Shown in pieces: positions 45,890 through 57,900 of a stretch of 63,972 nt of DNA. This stretch comes from Vicugna vicugna. Lineage: Eukaryota. The position numbers and the translations under genes are program-made. The notes under the pieces are model-generated. The model was not told where the DNA came from and searched no databases. It saw only the letters and a list, made by a program, of their open reading frames with translations. Numbering within the stretch: position 1 is the first letter of the stretch; every line of letters begins with the position of its first letter. Location of the stretch: the NCBI GenBank assembly GCA_013265495.1, contig MU059972.1:699943-763914 (forward strand), given 5' to 3'.

Positions 45890-46339
45890 GTGTGCACGCG
45901 GGCAGGGCACGTGACCGGGGCACCGAGGACTAAGGCCGTCACCCACACAGTCAGGGCCCTCACGTGGCCCTGCAGTGATATGGCTAAAACCATCTGACTT
46001 GGGGAAGGGGTCTTTTTGCTGCGCAAAGGCGCTGCCTGACCCTTTGGGAAGCCCAGCTCATGGTTCCATTGGGCCAGGGGCTCAGAGCTGGGAGGTCCCC
46101 TGGACAATGACCGTGGAAACAGGCCGAGCACGGCCCAGCTCCCAGCAGAATCCAAGGTCCATTGGTCCCAGGGCATCTTCCTTTCCTGACACTACCCACT
46201 CCCACCCCAGCCATGGACACAGGTACCATGGGGACCTCAGGGACCCCCAGGTCACACAAGATCACATACACACCCTGCCCTCATGGCCCGGCTGGGTGTG
46301 GCCCCACCCTGAGCGTGATGCTGGCCCTCTGTGTTTCAG

Positions 46340-46408
46340 ACGTCCACCAGGAGTTCATGCCCCGGACCCTCTCTGGCTACATGCCCGAGGAAATCTGGAG
46401 GAAGGCTG
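46340..46408 (+). CDS. CBFA2T3: CBFA2T3 exon 10
   Basis: [22 protein letters not shown]; tttcag| acceptor and G|gtgagt donor. Confidence 0.97.
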
Positions 46409-46681
46409 GTGAGTCGTGGTAGGGGACGGCCCAGGGCCCCAGACCCTCTTGCCATCCGCATCGGTGGAGGGGGGCTCAGCTGGGCCCTCTCGAGGCTTGC
46501 TGACTCAGAATCTGGCGGGGGGCTGGGTCTCTGCCCTCCAGGGGACACCCCTCTACCTGACGAGAGGTTCCCCCACGACCCTGCCAGCACACGCACGCGG
46601 GACGCCCGCCCCTGGGTGGTGGGCAGGGGACACTCGTCCGGGCCGGCCCACATGCCGACCAGCCTGAGGCGTCCTTTGCAG

Positions 46682-46872
46682 AGGAGGCAGTGAGCGCGGT
46701 GAAGCGGCAGGCCATGTCGGAGCTGCAGAAAGCGGTGTCGGACGCCGAGCGCAAGGCCCACGAGCTCATCAGCACAGAGCGGGCCAAGATGGAGCGGGCC
46801 CTGGCCGAGGCCCGGCGGCAGGCCTCCGAGGACGCCCTCACTGTCGTCAACCAGCAGGAGGACTCCAGTGAG
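46682..46872 (+). CDS. CBFA2T3: CBFA2T3 exon 11 (NHR3)
   Basis: [28 protein letters not shown]...NQQEDSSE; ttgcag| acceptor and |gtaggg donor. Confidence 0.98.
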
Positions 46873-48248
46873 GTAGGGCCGCCCGCCTACTCCGCATCCC
46901 GTCCCCATCTCCTGGTCCAAGGCTGGAGCCCCAACCTCCCAGCCACGCGAACCAGGGCAGCCCTGGGCCTCTGGACCCCACACGGCCTGGTGAGGCGGGT
47001 CTTGTGGGCGTCCCCATCGACAGGTGTGGAAACTGAGGGCTCCAGAGGGTCTGTGGCTCGCCCCAGATGACACTCTAGGAAATACCAGGGCATCCGTGAA
47101 AGCAGAGGCAAGCAGCGGGGAGCCATGCTGGTGCTTGTGTGCCCGGGGGGCTGGGCTGGCCCAGCAGGGCAGCGGGGGGCCCCGGCAGGCTCCAGTCCCC
47201 CCTTGTCTGAGAAGCGCTCAGACGACAGAGGAGTCCAGAAGAGGAAGAGGCCTTTTCTAGGGGGCTCCAGGACTGTACGGGGGTGGGGGCGGCACTTCAA
47301 AATGCCCTGGGTTGGTCTGTGCCGGGGCTGGCCCCAAGGGAGGGTGTGGAAGAGATGGGCTCCCGTCCCGGTCAGCTCGTGCATCTCTGTACGGCTCTTT
47401 TCATGGACACTCTCAGCCAGAGCAGAGCAGACCTCACATCCGAGTGGGCAAGGGGGAGCGGGGAAGGTGGGAGGGCACCTGTGGGACTTCAGGAGTGGAC
47501 GTGTGTGGGAGGATGGGGTGCCAGGGCAGCCCCCTAGCAGTGCCATCCGAGCAGTCCTGGACGAAGTGGGCTAGCCGGCAGTGACCTGGGGAGCAGCAGG
47601 GACCGGCCAGGGCGGGTGGGGCAGCCATGCCTGTGGTGTGGCCCCGCAGGAGGCTCTGGAGGCCGAGTGGGCACTTGGGCCTTTCTGCCTCAGTGGGTTC
47701 GGGCCTCCCTGTCCTCCTGCCTGGGCTGCTGCCTCCAGCCTGTGCCTGGAATCCCTGCCCGCCTTCTGCTTGGGTGGCTGGGGTCCTCACTTGTTCCACG
47801 GAAGGTGGGCAGAGGCCCAGTGGTTTGGGGAGGTCATGACCACAGCTGCTCGGCCCATGCACCCCATGTCTTTATTCTGCTGGGGCTGCCATGTTCTGAT
47901 ATCGGAGTCCCAGCGAAGCCAGGAGGGATTCCTGGAAGAGGGGAAGGGGCCATGGCTCCCTCCCTCCTGAGGGCCCCGTGGCCCCGTAGGCGTACTGTGA
48001 GCCTCACTGGGTGGGCTTGAGCTGTGGGAGCCTGTCCCCCAGCAGCCCAGCCGAGAGGCTATGCAGGCTGCGGGTCCCCACAAGGTGTGATGCTTTGGAG
48101 TTTTCTCTTCTCACTTGGTGGTGCCCTGGCTCGGTCTGTGCAGGTTGGTTTGCAGGGTGGACTTCCCTGTCCTGCAGCCCGGTGGGGTACTCTGGGGAAA
48201 TGCGGGCCCAGGCTCGGCCGCCCCTGACCATGCCTCCCCCCGATTCAG

Positions 48249-48545
48249 AGCTGCTGGAACTGCGGGCGCAAGGCCAGCGAGACGTGCAGTGGCTGCAATG
48301 CAGCCCGCTACTGCGGCTCCTTCTGCCAGCACAAGGACTGGGAGAAGCACCACCACGTGTGCGGCCAGAGCCTGCAGGGCCCTGCGGCCGTGGCGGCCGA
48401 CCCGGCGCCGGGACAGCCAGACGCCGCCAGCCTGGGCCCCTGCCTGCCCGCCACCGCCGCCAGCCCCGGCGAGGCCGGCTCCACGGGGCCCTCCCTCCCA
48501 GGTTCCCCCAACCCCCCCGGCCCACTGGACGCTGCACCCCGCTGA
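48249..48545 (+). CDS. CBFA2T3: CBFA2T3 exon 12 (NHR4/MYND zinc finger to stop)
   Basis: [38 protein letters not shown]...LDAAPR then TGA at 48543-48545. Confidence 0.98.
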   Translation, partial: SCWNCGRKASETCSGCNAARYCGSFCQHKDWEKHHHVCGQSLQGPAAVAADPAPGQPDAASLGPCLPATAASPGEAGSTGPSLPGSPNPPGPLDAAPR

Positions 48546-49916
48546 CCCGCCCAGACCCCGGTGCCCGGGCCAAGGGTGGCGCACCCGCCGACCCGCCCAG
48601 CCCTGCCCCGGGCCCACTGGACTTGGCCCAGCCCTGGGAGCCCGGCCGTGGGAGTCACTGCTGCTGCTTCTCTCCAAAAGAAAACACAGAACCAACACAG
48701 CTGCATTGAAGGCAGCTTCCTCGGCTACCTGTCGGTCACGCAGCGACCTCTCCTCCCATCCTCAGACTCAGAGCCTCCCGGCAAGCTTTAGCCCACGGGA
48801 CGCTCGCCGGCCAGAGGGTGACCGGCTCCGTCCGCACCCACCTCTCTCTCTCTCTCTGGGGTTTATGTCTTTGTAACTCTCACATACTTTAAATGAAAAA
48901 ATCTCATTGTTTGGTGGCTTATATTTTCATTGAAGAATTTTGGGGGTTTTGTGGCAAAAGAACTACTCAGTAATGGACAAAGAAAACTGTGGGGATTTCC
49001 CCTTCCTGATGAAAAAGGGAAAAAGAAAGCTGTTCTTTCATAGCTGGAGACCTGAGCCGCTGAGTCACCGAAACCACCCCAGGGCTGTGTGGCCAACGTG
49101 CTGAGGATGGTGAGAAAGAGCTCAATTTCTGACTCAAGAAATATTTTTTTGGTTTTGGATTTTTTTCCTTTAATGTCAAACTCTTTGGCTTTAAGTAGAA
49201 ATCCAAAAAGTTTTTTTAAAACAGATAAAGGACCACACCTGTAAACTACCTTGCCAGCTAGCCAGCCAAGGACGCCAGACACACCTCTGCTCCCAAGGAG
49301 ATCCAAAAAGCAGACACAAGAAGTCAGAATCCAAAACTGTTTTGTCACTGCCAAAGTATGTTCTTCACTGTTTGGCTCCACACCTGGGCTTGTTCAGGAG
49401 GTCGTGGGTCTTCTCTCTTGCTTGGATTCTGTTTCAGGGGTGTCGGGACATTGGGGTTTGGAGCGTTTTGCCCAACAAGAAGCGACTTCTTTCTTTTCAA
49501 CTCCACCGCAGCGCCTCCGCCGGGGACGGGCGGGGTGGGCAGCGCGGCCCTGGGCCCCGTATGTGCGCATCTGCGTATGCGCCCGGGGCGCGCCCCGCCG
49601 TGTGTCTGCTGGTGTGCGGGGAGGATACCTCGGGCTGTCCTCACGCCCCCGTGAATTCCCATCGCATTTCATTTTCTCCACTCGTGAAAAAAAGTGCTAA
49701 CATGTCCTTCCCAGAGAGACCGTGATTCGGAGACAAAACTGTGACAATCTTTTGGTTTGATTCTTGACTGCTTTCCCAAGCACAGGAGACAGCACCTGCT
49801 GCTTCTCCGCCCCCGCCTCTACCTCTGCTCCCCGGGCCACGAAGCCTCCCCAGCTCATCTTTCCGGCTCAACCCCAGCGTGTCCTGCCACTCCTGTCTTC
49901 ACACTTTTGCAGAAAA

Positions 49917-49921
<5 letters not shown>

Positions 49922-49959
<38 letters not shown>

Positions 49960-49976
49960 GCGCACGCGCGCGCGCA
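49922..49976 (+). repeat. (AC)16 plus (GC)-rich alternating tract
   Basis: 55 bp of unbroken purine-pyrimidine alternation. Confidence 0.97.
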
Positions 49977-50354
49977 GTCTGCCCTCCCTGCACCTCCTGG
50001 AGACTTGGTCACCTGCGTAAAATCCCGTGTTTCTGTCCAGCTGCTCCTCAGGGGGTGTCTCTCTGAAGTCCCCCCAGTCTGGCCTTGTGCCCCGGCCCCA
50101 CTCACCTCCCCACAGCGATCTCAAGGAGGGAATAAGGAAATTCTGACCTGTACTCAGTGGGAGAGCAAGTGGCAGACACGGCCCCCGATCTGCGCTTCCC
50201 TGCGTGGCTGTGAGAAGTCCCCAGGACTGGAGTGCAGTGGTGACCAGCTACTGAAACCCGGGGCCCCGCCGCGAGGCAAGAAGTCAGTAGCACACGAGAA
50301 TGTGAATGTACATAGTCCCTGCAGAGGTCCAAATGACCGTGTTCATGAGGGGGT

Positions 50355-50360
50355 AATAAA
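50355..50360 (+). terminator. CBFA2T3: Polyadenylation signal AATAAA (ATTAAA also at 50378-50383)
   Basis: Canonical hexamer ~1.8 kb after the stop codon. Confidence 0.7.
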
Positions 50361-52529
50361 GAAGAGATGTTTGCCAAATTAAAAAAATTAAGAGAAACTA
50401 CGGAAGTATGTAGAGTTAGGGTGATAGGTTTTCAAAGAAATCTGAACGGTGGTCCCACGAGGAGCGCTGGCTTTGTCTGATCGCTGTCGTTGTTCAGAGT
50501 GGTAGGAAGTCACCCTTTGAGAATCGAGAGGGAGGACTCCACCCAGCTGCCACAGGGCAGGTGCTGTCCGAACCTGGGCTGACGGGAGCCCCCGCCGACC
50601 GCCACCCCGGCAGCCTCCATCCCCCCGCATGGCACCTCGGCCCCCCCCCAAGGCTCCATCTGTGGGTTTCAGAAGAGCAGGGGCCTTGTGGGATTCGGGC
50701 TGCCGTGAGGCAGCACGTGCTGTGAAGTAGCCCTGCGTCCCCTTTGACTCTGTTCCCACAAGATTGTGCCGCGGAACGGGCGCTTCCCTGGGCAGGCTGG
50801 GGTCTGGGTGAGATGTGAGGCCCTGACGCTGCGACCCTGGGGCAGGGCTGCTGTCCTGAGCCAGGCCTGGGAGGAGCCTGCCACCTGAGGCCCTGCTGCT
50901 GGCCTCTGCTTCTCTTCCCCTTGCCGGACCCTTCTTTGGGGACAAGCAAGCACACCAGGGATGGCAGCCAGCTGGTGGCATCTGGCCAGCCCAGCCTGCA
51001 GGGCCAGCCCACCGGCTGAGGGTCAGCTGCCCGGCGGCGCCTCCCACCCCAGCTGTTGAGAAGAGATCACTTTCGAGCAGCTGTAAAAGGCCACCTTTCC
51101 AGTGTGGGCCCCACATCCCTCTCTTGTCCACCAGGACCTGCCACCAACCAGGGCTGCAACAGCCTGGCACGAGGGGCTGGCCAGGGCGGGCAGACAGAGC
51201 CTCTGCCCGCAGAGAGCATCCACAGAGGCGAGCGTGGGTAGTGGTGAGGAGGCTTGCGGTGAGGACCCTGAGGCCCGGAGTGGGTGGGAGGGGGTACCTA
51301 GTGGGCACCGTGTCAGCGCGGGCGGCAGGTACGGTCTGAGTCAGACGAAGCAGGTGCTCCCCCCCGCCCCCACCCAGGGTCCCTTTGATGCTCAGGCCCC
51401 GTGTGGCCCAAGACCTCACAGCAGAAGCAAACAATGAGTAGCTTTGGTGGGAGGGCGGGGCAGGCAGATCTCTTGCATCCAGGGTTGGACTAGTGGCGGG
51501 AAGTATCTAAGTCCATGTTTCACCTGCTTTCGGCCCCTGGAGGACCTGCCTCTCTCATGCCAAGAGGGGTCTGGACAGAAAGGGGCCCAGCCTCCTCTCT
51601 CTGCTTGGAGACCATCCTGTCCTGCTCCCGCTCGGGCTTGTCGACTGTCGATGCGTGCGCGAGTGTCTCCTCCTCGTGGGCTGCTGAGATTGGACACACT
51701 GGTTACCCCAAAGCTCTGCGGAGTGTGGCAGCTTCTCCTCCTGCTCCGAGGCCAAAGCCAGGACAGGAAGGCCAAGGGAGGCAGGCAGCAGCCAGGGCTC
51801 CCAGCCCACTGGCCCAAGCCAGGCCGATGACAGGCGGGGACGGGATGCTGGCGCCGGGGTCCTCGTCCCCGTGGGGAAAGCCCCCTGGTGTGCGAGACCC
51901 TCCGACCCTTCCCTCCCCCTCCTCTCTCTGACCTTTCTCTGAGGACGTGTCGCCATCCCCAGGCGGTGTCTGGGGTGTGTCCTGTTCTGTGGGCAAAGAC
52001 CAGTGTCTCCTATTCCCGCTGTGGACAGGCTGGCACACCCCAGACCCCGTCTGAATAATGAGGGACCCTATCTTCACGGCTCGCCAGGACCAAAGCGAAG
52101 CCTTGGGTGTTGCCAGGGCAGAGAGGGGAGCTGGAGAAAGCCTTAGGGTCCAGGAGGGGAAGGGCCGTAGGACAAGAGGAACCGTCCTCCTGGGAAGGGG
52201 CCACCCTGTGGCTCAGCAGGTGGGGGTCGCTCATCAGGGCCAGAGAGGCCAGTGGCCGAGGGAGACAGACGGGAGAGGGGCGCTGCTGCTGGCTGCGTCC
52301 CCGTGACACCCGGGAGGGGGCCCGGGCAGACCCTGACGGCCTCCTGTTTGCCCATTTTTCCAAGTGCATCCTCAGAATGGCACTGAAGTCCAGTCCCCGG
52401 CATCTGCCCACCTCGCCTGTCCTAGCTCATTGCAGCACAGGGGTCTGGGTATTATTCTGCCCGACCTTTCGGCCCACCTGCAATTACTTACTGATCCTTT
52501 TCTTTTGTCAGTGTATCCTGACCAAGCCA

Positions 52530-52600
52530 TTCACCTGTCCACCCATCCAGCCATCTTCCATCCATCCGTCCACCGATCCGTCCACCCACTACTCTACCCC
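52530..52600 (+). repeat. Degenerate (CCAT)n
   Basis: ccacccatccagccatcttccatccatccgtccacc. Confidence 0.75.
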
Positions 52601-55098
52601 AGCTGTCACTTAACCTCCCATGTATCCTTGCACCGTCCACCTCTCTCCTCCTTCCACTCCTCTGCACACCGGGTGTGTGTCTGTCCACCCATTTTCTGGT
52701 CTAACCCACACACAGCCATGCTTGAGTCCATCCCCGCTCCACCCTTCATCTACTGAACGCAGAGTAGCAACACCAGCTCCCTGAGTGATGCAGAGCTGCA
52801 GGGGTGCTTTCGAGCCCCCATAACTCAGCCTCCCCTGCCAGTGCCCCAGCCACTGGTCAGCCTAGGCCCTCTCCAGGGACAGAGGTGGGCTGCTGCAGGC
52901 ATTGTGGGCAGATCAGGCCAACGTCCCAGCAACAGCTCCGGCCAGTCTGGGCCTGCCTGGCAAGTGTGGTGGCCATGGACCAGAGGAGGCGCTGGGAGGC
53001 AGCCCATACAGCTGCTCAGGGGCCCTGTGACCGGGGCCACCAGTCGGGGAGAGCACGCTGCCTGGCAAGACCCCGGCAACGCCGGCGAGGCCGCCAGTTC
53101 CTCTCCTTGTCACCAGGGGTCACTGCCTGGAGGAGGTGTCCCCAGGGAGGGAGGGGGAAGAAAGAGCCCAGCGCTGGCCTCCCCGGACGCCAGTGCTTCT
53201 GGACCCCGTCTTCTCCCAGGTGCTCAGGAGTGGCTTTGCCTCACTCCCACTCCCATCTTCCACCCTGGGGTCCCGGACGCTGGAAACTCGCCCTCAGAGC
53301 TCCGGGTAGGTGCAGACACAGACCCGCGCAGGCTGAATTCAGCTGATGGCAGCCGATGTTTCTGTGACCTTGAGGCCCCGGCCCAGCTGTGGTCCCAGCG
53401 GCCTGCTACACCTGTCTCTGGGCTCCCAGGACACACAGGGCACCTTACAGAAGGGCTGGGAGGCTGCCACTGGATTACAGGAGGAGAAAGTGGAAGGGAG
53501 CAGAGGCCGCAGGGAGCCAGACCAGGGATGCGCCTGCTCCTCAGGACGCCTCGCGGACAAGCCCGGGGAGCCAGCCGTCTGTGACAGCAACCTGCACAGG
53601 TCCCCCAGCGTTCCAGAGAAGCCCGTCTGCTTGCTTTCTGCTCTTTTCGCTTCGATGCAGCCGGCCCCTGGAGTGCCTCCCAGAAGGCCGGTCACAGCGG
53701 CCACGCAGCGTTGGGCCTCAGCTGGAGTCTGGCTTTCGATGCCAGAGTGAAGGACGGGACCCAGCCAGGCCAGCCTTCGGCCCCTCCGCCGGCCGAGGGG
53801 GCCGGGGCCCAGCCCCACGCAGCCTCGTGGGGATGGGTTGATTCTCCACTTCTTTCTTTTTCCCTTTATTTTATGTTTTAATTCCCCAAAGCGAGTTGGG
53901 CTGAGAACACTGGGTCGTCCTCCTGGGCTGTGCAGGGTCCTGGCGGCCGCCCCCGTGTCCTCTGATGTCTCTGTTTGATCTGAGCACCGGGAGATGGTGC
54001 CACTAGGGTCACATGGATTCTGTGCATGTAATAAAGCCGCCCTTGTCCATCTCGGGGCTCTGCCTCTCCTTGGGTTCCCGGAGACGCACTCTAAGTCCGT
54101 TTCCCATATTTATTCACCAGATTTGTGTTGGGGGCCTTCTCAGTGCCAGGGAAGAGAGACAAGACCCTGCCCCATGGCGGTGGATGGACAAAGTGACGTC
54201 GTGCTGAGGGTGCGCAGGCCCCACAGCCTCCTGAGCGCTCACCAAGTGGGGTGAAGACTGTGTCCTCCATGTGGTCTGGACGACCTTGGACCCCAGATGA
54301 CACCCATGGCTTCAGGGGCCCTGAGCCTCCCTGCCTGTGGCCGTGTGGGCACCTCGCGCAAGACACTGAGGGTGAGCACCAAGGGAAGGGACACTTTGAC
54401 CCTAAGGAGCCACAGTGTCACAGTCATGGTGTCCCAGCTCACAGGATAGTCCTGCCCAGAGCAGGTGCCCAGGGCTTGGGCTCTGGGCTCACTGGCGGCC
54501 CCTGGGAGGAAGGCATGTTATTAATACTCGGGCCCAGCCTGGAACATGGTGTATTTTGAAAGACGTCACTGGAAAGGCCAGTATGGGGGCGAGGCCATCC
54601 CCACGCCAGGCGCTGGCGGGAGCCCCATCCGGGCCTGGTGTGTCAGCAGTCTCGGCACAGGAGAGGATGACCATGATTTTCCATTGCAGAGGTCTGAGCT
54701 CAGAGGGAGGCTGGCTGGGCTGGGCCCGAGTCCAGCCGGCTCTTGGCTTGGACACAGCTGCCATGGTGTCCTGCCCTCCACGAGGAGGTAGAGGAAGGGC
54801 CCCGGCCAGAGCCCTCCATGGGGCCGTAGCCCACGGTGGGGAGGGGACCTGACTGCCCCACGTTCCAGGGCAAAGACCTGCACGGCTGCACTTCCAGCCT
54901 CATCCAGCCAGCCCCGGGCCGAGGCTCTGTCCTCGGTGCAGACGTGGACACTGCCCTTCAGGCACTCTGGCCGGCTGGGGAGACCTAGGGACGTGTAACT
55001 TATGTGGGACAGACAGAGGGTAAGGCCCAGGTGCCGTGGCCACAAGAGGGAGAAGGAGCAATCAGGAAGGCTTCCTGGTCGCAGCGGCACAGTGGCAA

Positions 55099-55114
55099 TA
55101 GCGCCCCCTGGAGG
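55099..55114 (-). promoter_or_regulatory. Near-consensus CTCF site
   Basis: Minus strand CCTCCAGGGGGCGCTA is 15/16 to CCACCAGGGGGCGCTA, with an upstream TGCATATAC resembling the extended U module. Confidence 0.7.
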
Positions 55115-55869
55115 CTGCTCGTATATGCAAGTACCTACAGCTCTGTGGACACAGGAGAAGAGGGGGTGTCCCAGCAAGGGGGTGGGCAGCAGGTAGGCCA
55201 TGCCTACAGGCCGGGAGACTGCCCACAGACCACCTTTCCTCAGGGCCCGGGGTCGGGTAGGGGGCACTATGCAGTCTTAGTTCAGCCTTTGCAGAGGTGA
55301 GAACAGAGTCAGAGAAGAAAGACAGCTGCAGTGCCCCCCCACTTCCTTCCAGGGTGCACGGCGCCCGGGGGTCACAGTCTGCAACCATTCCCTTCCCCAA
55401 TTCCACGTTCCCAGGAAGAGACCCCGACTGGACTGACTGGGACCCACCAGTTAGGGCCCCGCGGGCAGGCTGTGGGCTGGGGAGGGGGGCAAACCCGCCC
55501 AGAGGGGTCCCCAGAAACACATCAGGAGGACGAAGACACAGAAGGAGCTCTCCCAAGATCAAGCCGGGGCGAGAGGAAGCCAGAGCAGCTGCTCAGGGAG
55601 GACAGATGGAGCCCAGAGCGCCCCGGGACAACGGCCTGCAGCTGCCCGCGGGAGAGCAAGGGGCAGAGGCCGGGCCTTCACAGACTGCCCTCCGCCCCCA
55701 GGATCCGCGGGATCTGCACAGAGTTCACCATCCTGCCCTGCGCCCCGGCAGGATTCTGGATGCATTTAAGTGGTTCCCACCCAAAAGCTGGCCCAGAATG
55801 GGGGTGGGGAGGAAAGGGGCCATGGGGAATCAATGAGAGGTCAGGAGGAGGGACAGAGGCGTCTGTCTC

Positions 55870-56070
55870 CCCTCCAGGCCCCAGGCCACCTGGGCTCTGC
55901 CTGACCCAATCTGTGAAGGCTGTCTCAAATGCCACCCCCTCCAGGAAGCCTGCTCTGACCCCATGGGCCCCCTTCCCACTTCCGCACACTCAGGTCATTC
56001 GCTTGCGCCTGTGTCATCCTAACTGGGGCTGCCCACTGGAGGTGCGGTGCTGAGTGAGGGACGTGGACCG
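55870..56070 (+). mobile_element. L2 fragment
   Basis: ctcaaatgccaccccctccaggaagcctgctctgacccc matches the recalled L2 sense text. Confidence 0.6.
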
Positions 56071-56295
56071 GCGACCCCAGGAGCTTCCTAGCTCCGGAGT
56101 TGTGGCAAGTGAGGCTCCACCCCAGCTGTCCCTCTCCACTTTGAGTGTTCTGGGGGGGGCCTGCCCCGTGAGGAGGAGGAGCCCGGGGTAGGGGTCTGGC
56201 CTCTGAAGCCTCGGGCCCAGAAGTCAGGGTGGAGGCCCAGCCCTAGCCGGGAAGCTCTGAGGTGCTCTAGTGGGAGCAGCTGGCCTGGGGGAGGG

Positions 56296-56302
56296 CTTAA
56301 AA
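56296..56302 (+). promoter_or_regulatory. PABPN1L: TATA-like element (CTTAAAA) upstream of PABPN1L
   Basis: Lies ~72 nt before the ATG in otherwise GC-rich sequence. Confidence 0.35.
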
Positions 56303-56373
56303 CTCCGGCGGGCGGGCAGGTGCTGGCGTGGAGGTGAGCACGGAGGACCTGCCTGCCCTCCTCCCCCATCACC

Positions 56374-56625
56374 ATGTGGCCCTTCCTCAGCCGTGCTCTC
56401 TTCCCACCCCCCAGTGAGGCCTGGCTCCAGAAAGCTTCCTCAGACCCTGAGGCCCAGGGCTGGGGGGCCTGGAGCCGGACAGAGAAGACCCCTCTGGGCT
56501 CAGGGGGTGGGGGCGGGAAGGAAAGGAAGACAGGGGAAGCGGAGGGAGAGGACGCGGAGGATGCCGGCATCCTGCTGTCTCTGTTGGAGAGGGCGGACCT
56601 GGCCGAGTGTCCGGGACCTGACCAG
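56374..56625 (+). CDS. PABPN1L: PABPN1L exon 1 (embryonic poly(A)-binding protein 2)
   Basis: accATG Kozak context; MWPFLSRALFPPPSEAWLQ..SSDPEAQGWGAW..LAECPGPDQ matches the orthologue N-terminus; CAG|gtaac donor. Confidence 0.95.
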
Positions 56626-57010
56626 GTAACAGCCACGTGGAGCGCCGGGCAGAGGCTGGCTGGGATCTTAGGAGTCCCAGGGTTCGGGGGCGGGGGTACG
56701 GATGGCAGAGCTCGTACCCCAAATGTGAGAGAGCCAATGTCCCCTTGTCCGGAAGAGGGAGTAGGGACGCCCACACCTGCACAGGCTGGGGGGAGGGGCA
56801 GGGCAGCTTCTCTGGTCTGGAGGGGGCCTCTGTGTTGGGGGTGGGTTACAAGGGCTTCTCTGCGGGCCCACCTGGCCTTCCCTCTCCCCTTCGAGGAGCC
56901 CCCAGCACGACCCTCAGAACGGCAGGGTCAGGCCCACTCCCCTCTGCCCTCCCTCCAGAGGAGCCTGGGGCCGTCGTGCCTCAGGGCTCAGCCTGGGCCT
57001 CTGCTGGCAG

Positions 57011-57149
57011 GAGCTGGAGGCCATCAGACTGAAGCTGTGGGCCATGGAGCAGGCCCAGGGGCAGGAGCCACCTGGGGTGCAGGGCCAGGAGAGGGAAGAG
57101 GAGGGCCCCGGGGCTGGGCCAGTCCGGCAGCCGCTGAGCCCTGAGCCAG
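57011..57149 (+). CDS. PABPN1L: PABPN1L exon 2
   Basis: ELEAIRLKLWAMEQ (coiled-coil region); ggcag| acceptor and G|gtagga donor. Confidence 0.93.
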
Positions 57150-57407
57150 GTAGGAGCCGGCCAGCCAGGCCAACCCCTTCCCCGGGCAGGTGGCCCCCAG
57201 TCCTCTGGCAGGCGGCTCTGGCCCCCTCTGCTTGTAAATTGGGGTGGCCGCAAGCTGCTGCAGAACAGTGCTGTCTCCTGGGGAGAGGCCAGGCCTGGCA
57301 TGGGTCCTTCTAGACAGGCCCCCAAGGGCAACTGTCTCTCCCGAGGGCTGAGGACTGAGCCCCTGCCCAGGGCAAGCCCTGCGGTCCTGAGGCCCCTCTC
57401 CCAACAG

Positions 57408-57460
57408 ACACCCCGGCAGAGAAGACGGAGGCCGACCACAGATCCGTCTACGTGGGCAAC
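57408..57460 (+). CDS. PABPN1L: PABPN1L exon 3 (RRM start, RNP2)
   Basis: DTPAEKTEADHRSVYVGN; the only nearby phase-compatible acceptor is ccaacag|; donor |gtgagt. Confidence 0.88.
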
Positions 57461-57900
57461 GTGAGTGGGGAAGGGGAGCGAGACGGGGTCTACAGCTTCC
57501 TCGTGGCTCTGAGGATGAGAAGAAGGGACACGTATAGGCAGCAAACTCAAAAGCCACACAGGCCTGGAAGAGAAAATCAGGAGGGCGGGTCCAACGAGGG
57601 GGCCGTCCCCAGGAGGGAGCGTGGGCCTGCTGTAGTCAGGCCTGATTTCCCACCAAGGACTGGGATTCGGGATTTCCACATGAATCTCCCAGTTGGCTGA
57701 TCAACGAATTCTACTTTAAAAAACCACAGGCCCTTTGCACAGGGCAATAAACTTGGGGAGCATTCATCTGGGTACCCAGTTGGCCCCTGGTGGGGGTGGG
57801 GAGCAGAGGCCTCGGGGCCCCATCAACCCCTCTCTACCAAGAAAACGTGCGGAAGCCCCCGGGAGGGTGAGGCCCCCCACACCAGGGCCTGTGCCTGTAG

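Larger units (their letters stand above)
48546..50400 (+). other. CBFA2T3: CBFA2T3 3'UTR (end approximate)
   Basis: Follows the stop codon, contains AU-rich blocks and ends near AATAAA at 50355. Confidence 0.7.

Noticed and set aside
48659-49803. miR-15/16 (TGCTGCT, twice) and miR-27 (ACTGTGA) 7mer seeds in the 3'UTR
   Set aside because: 7mers are expected by chance in 1.8 kb, and conservation cannot be assessed here.
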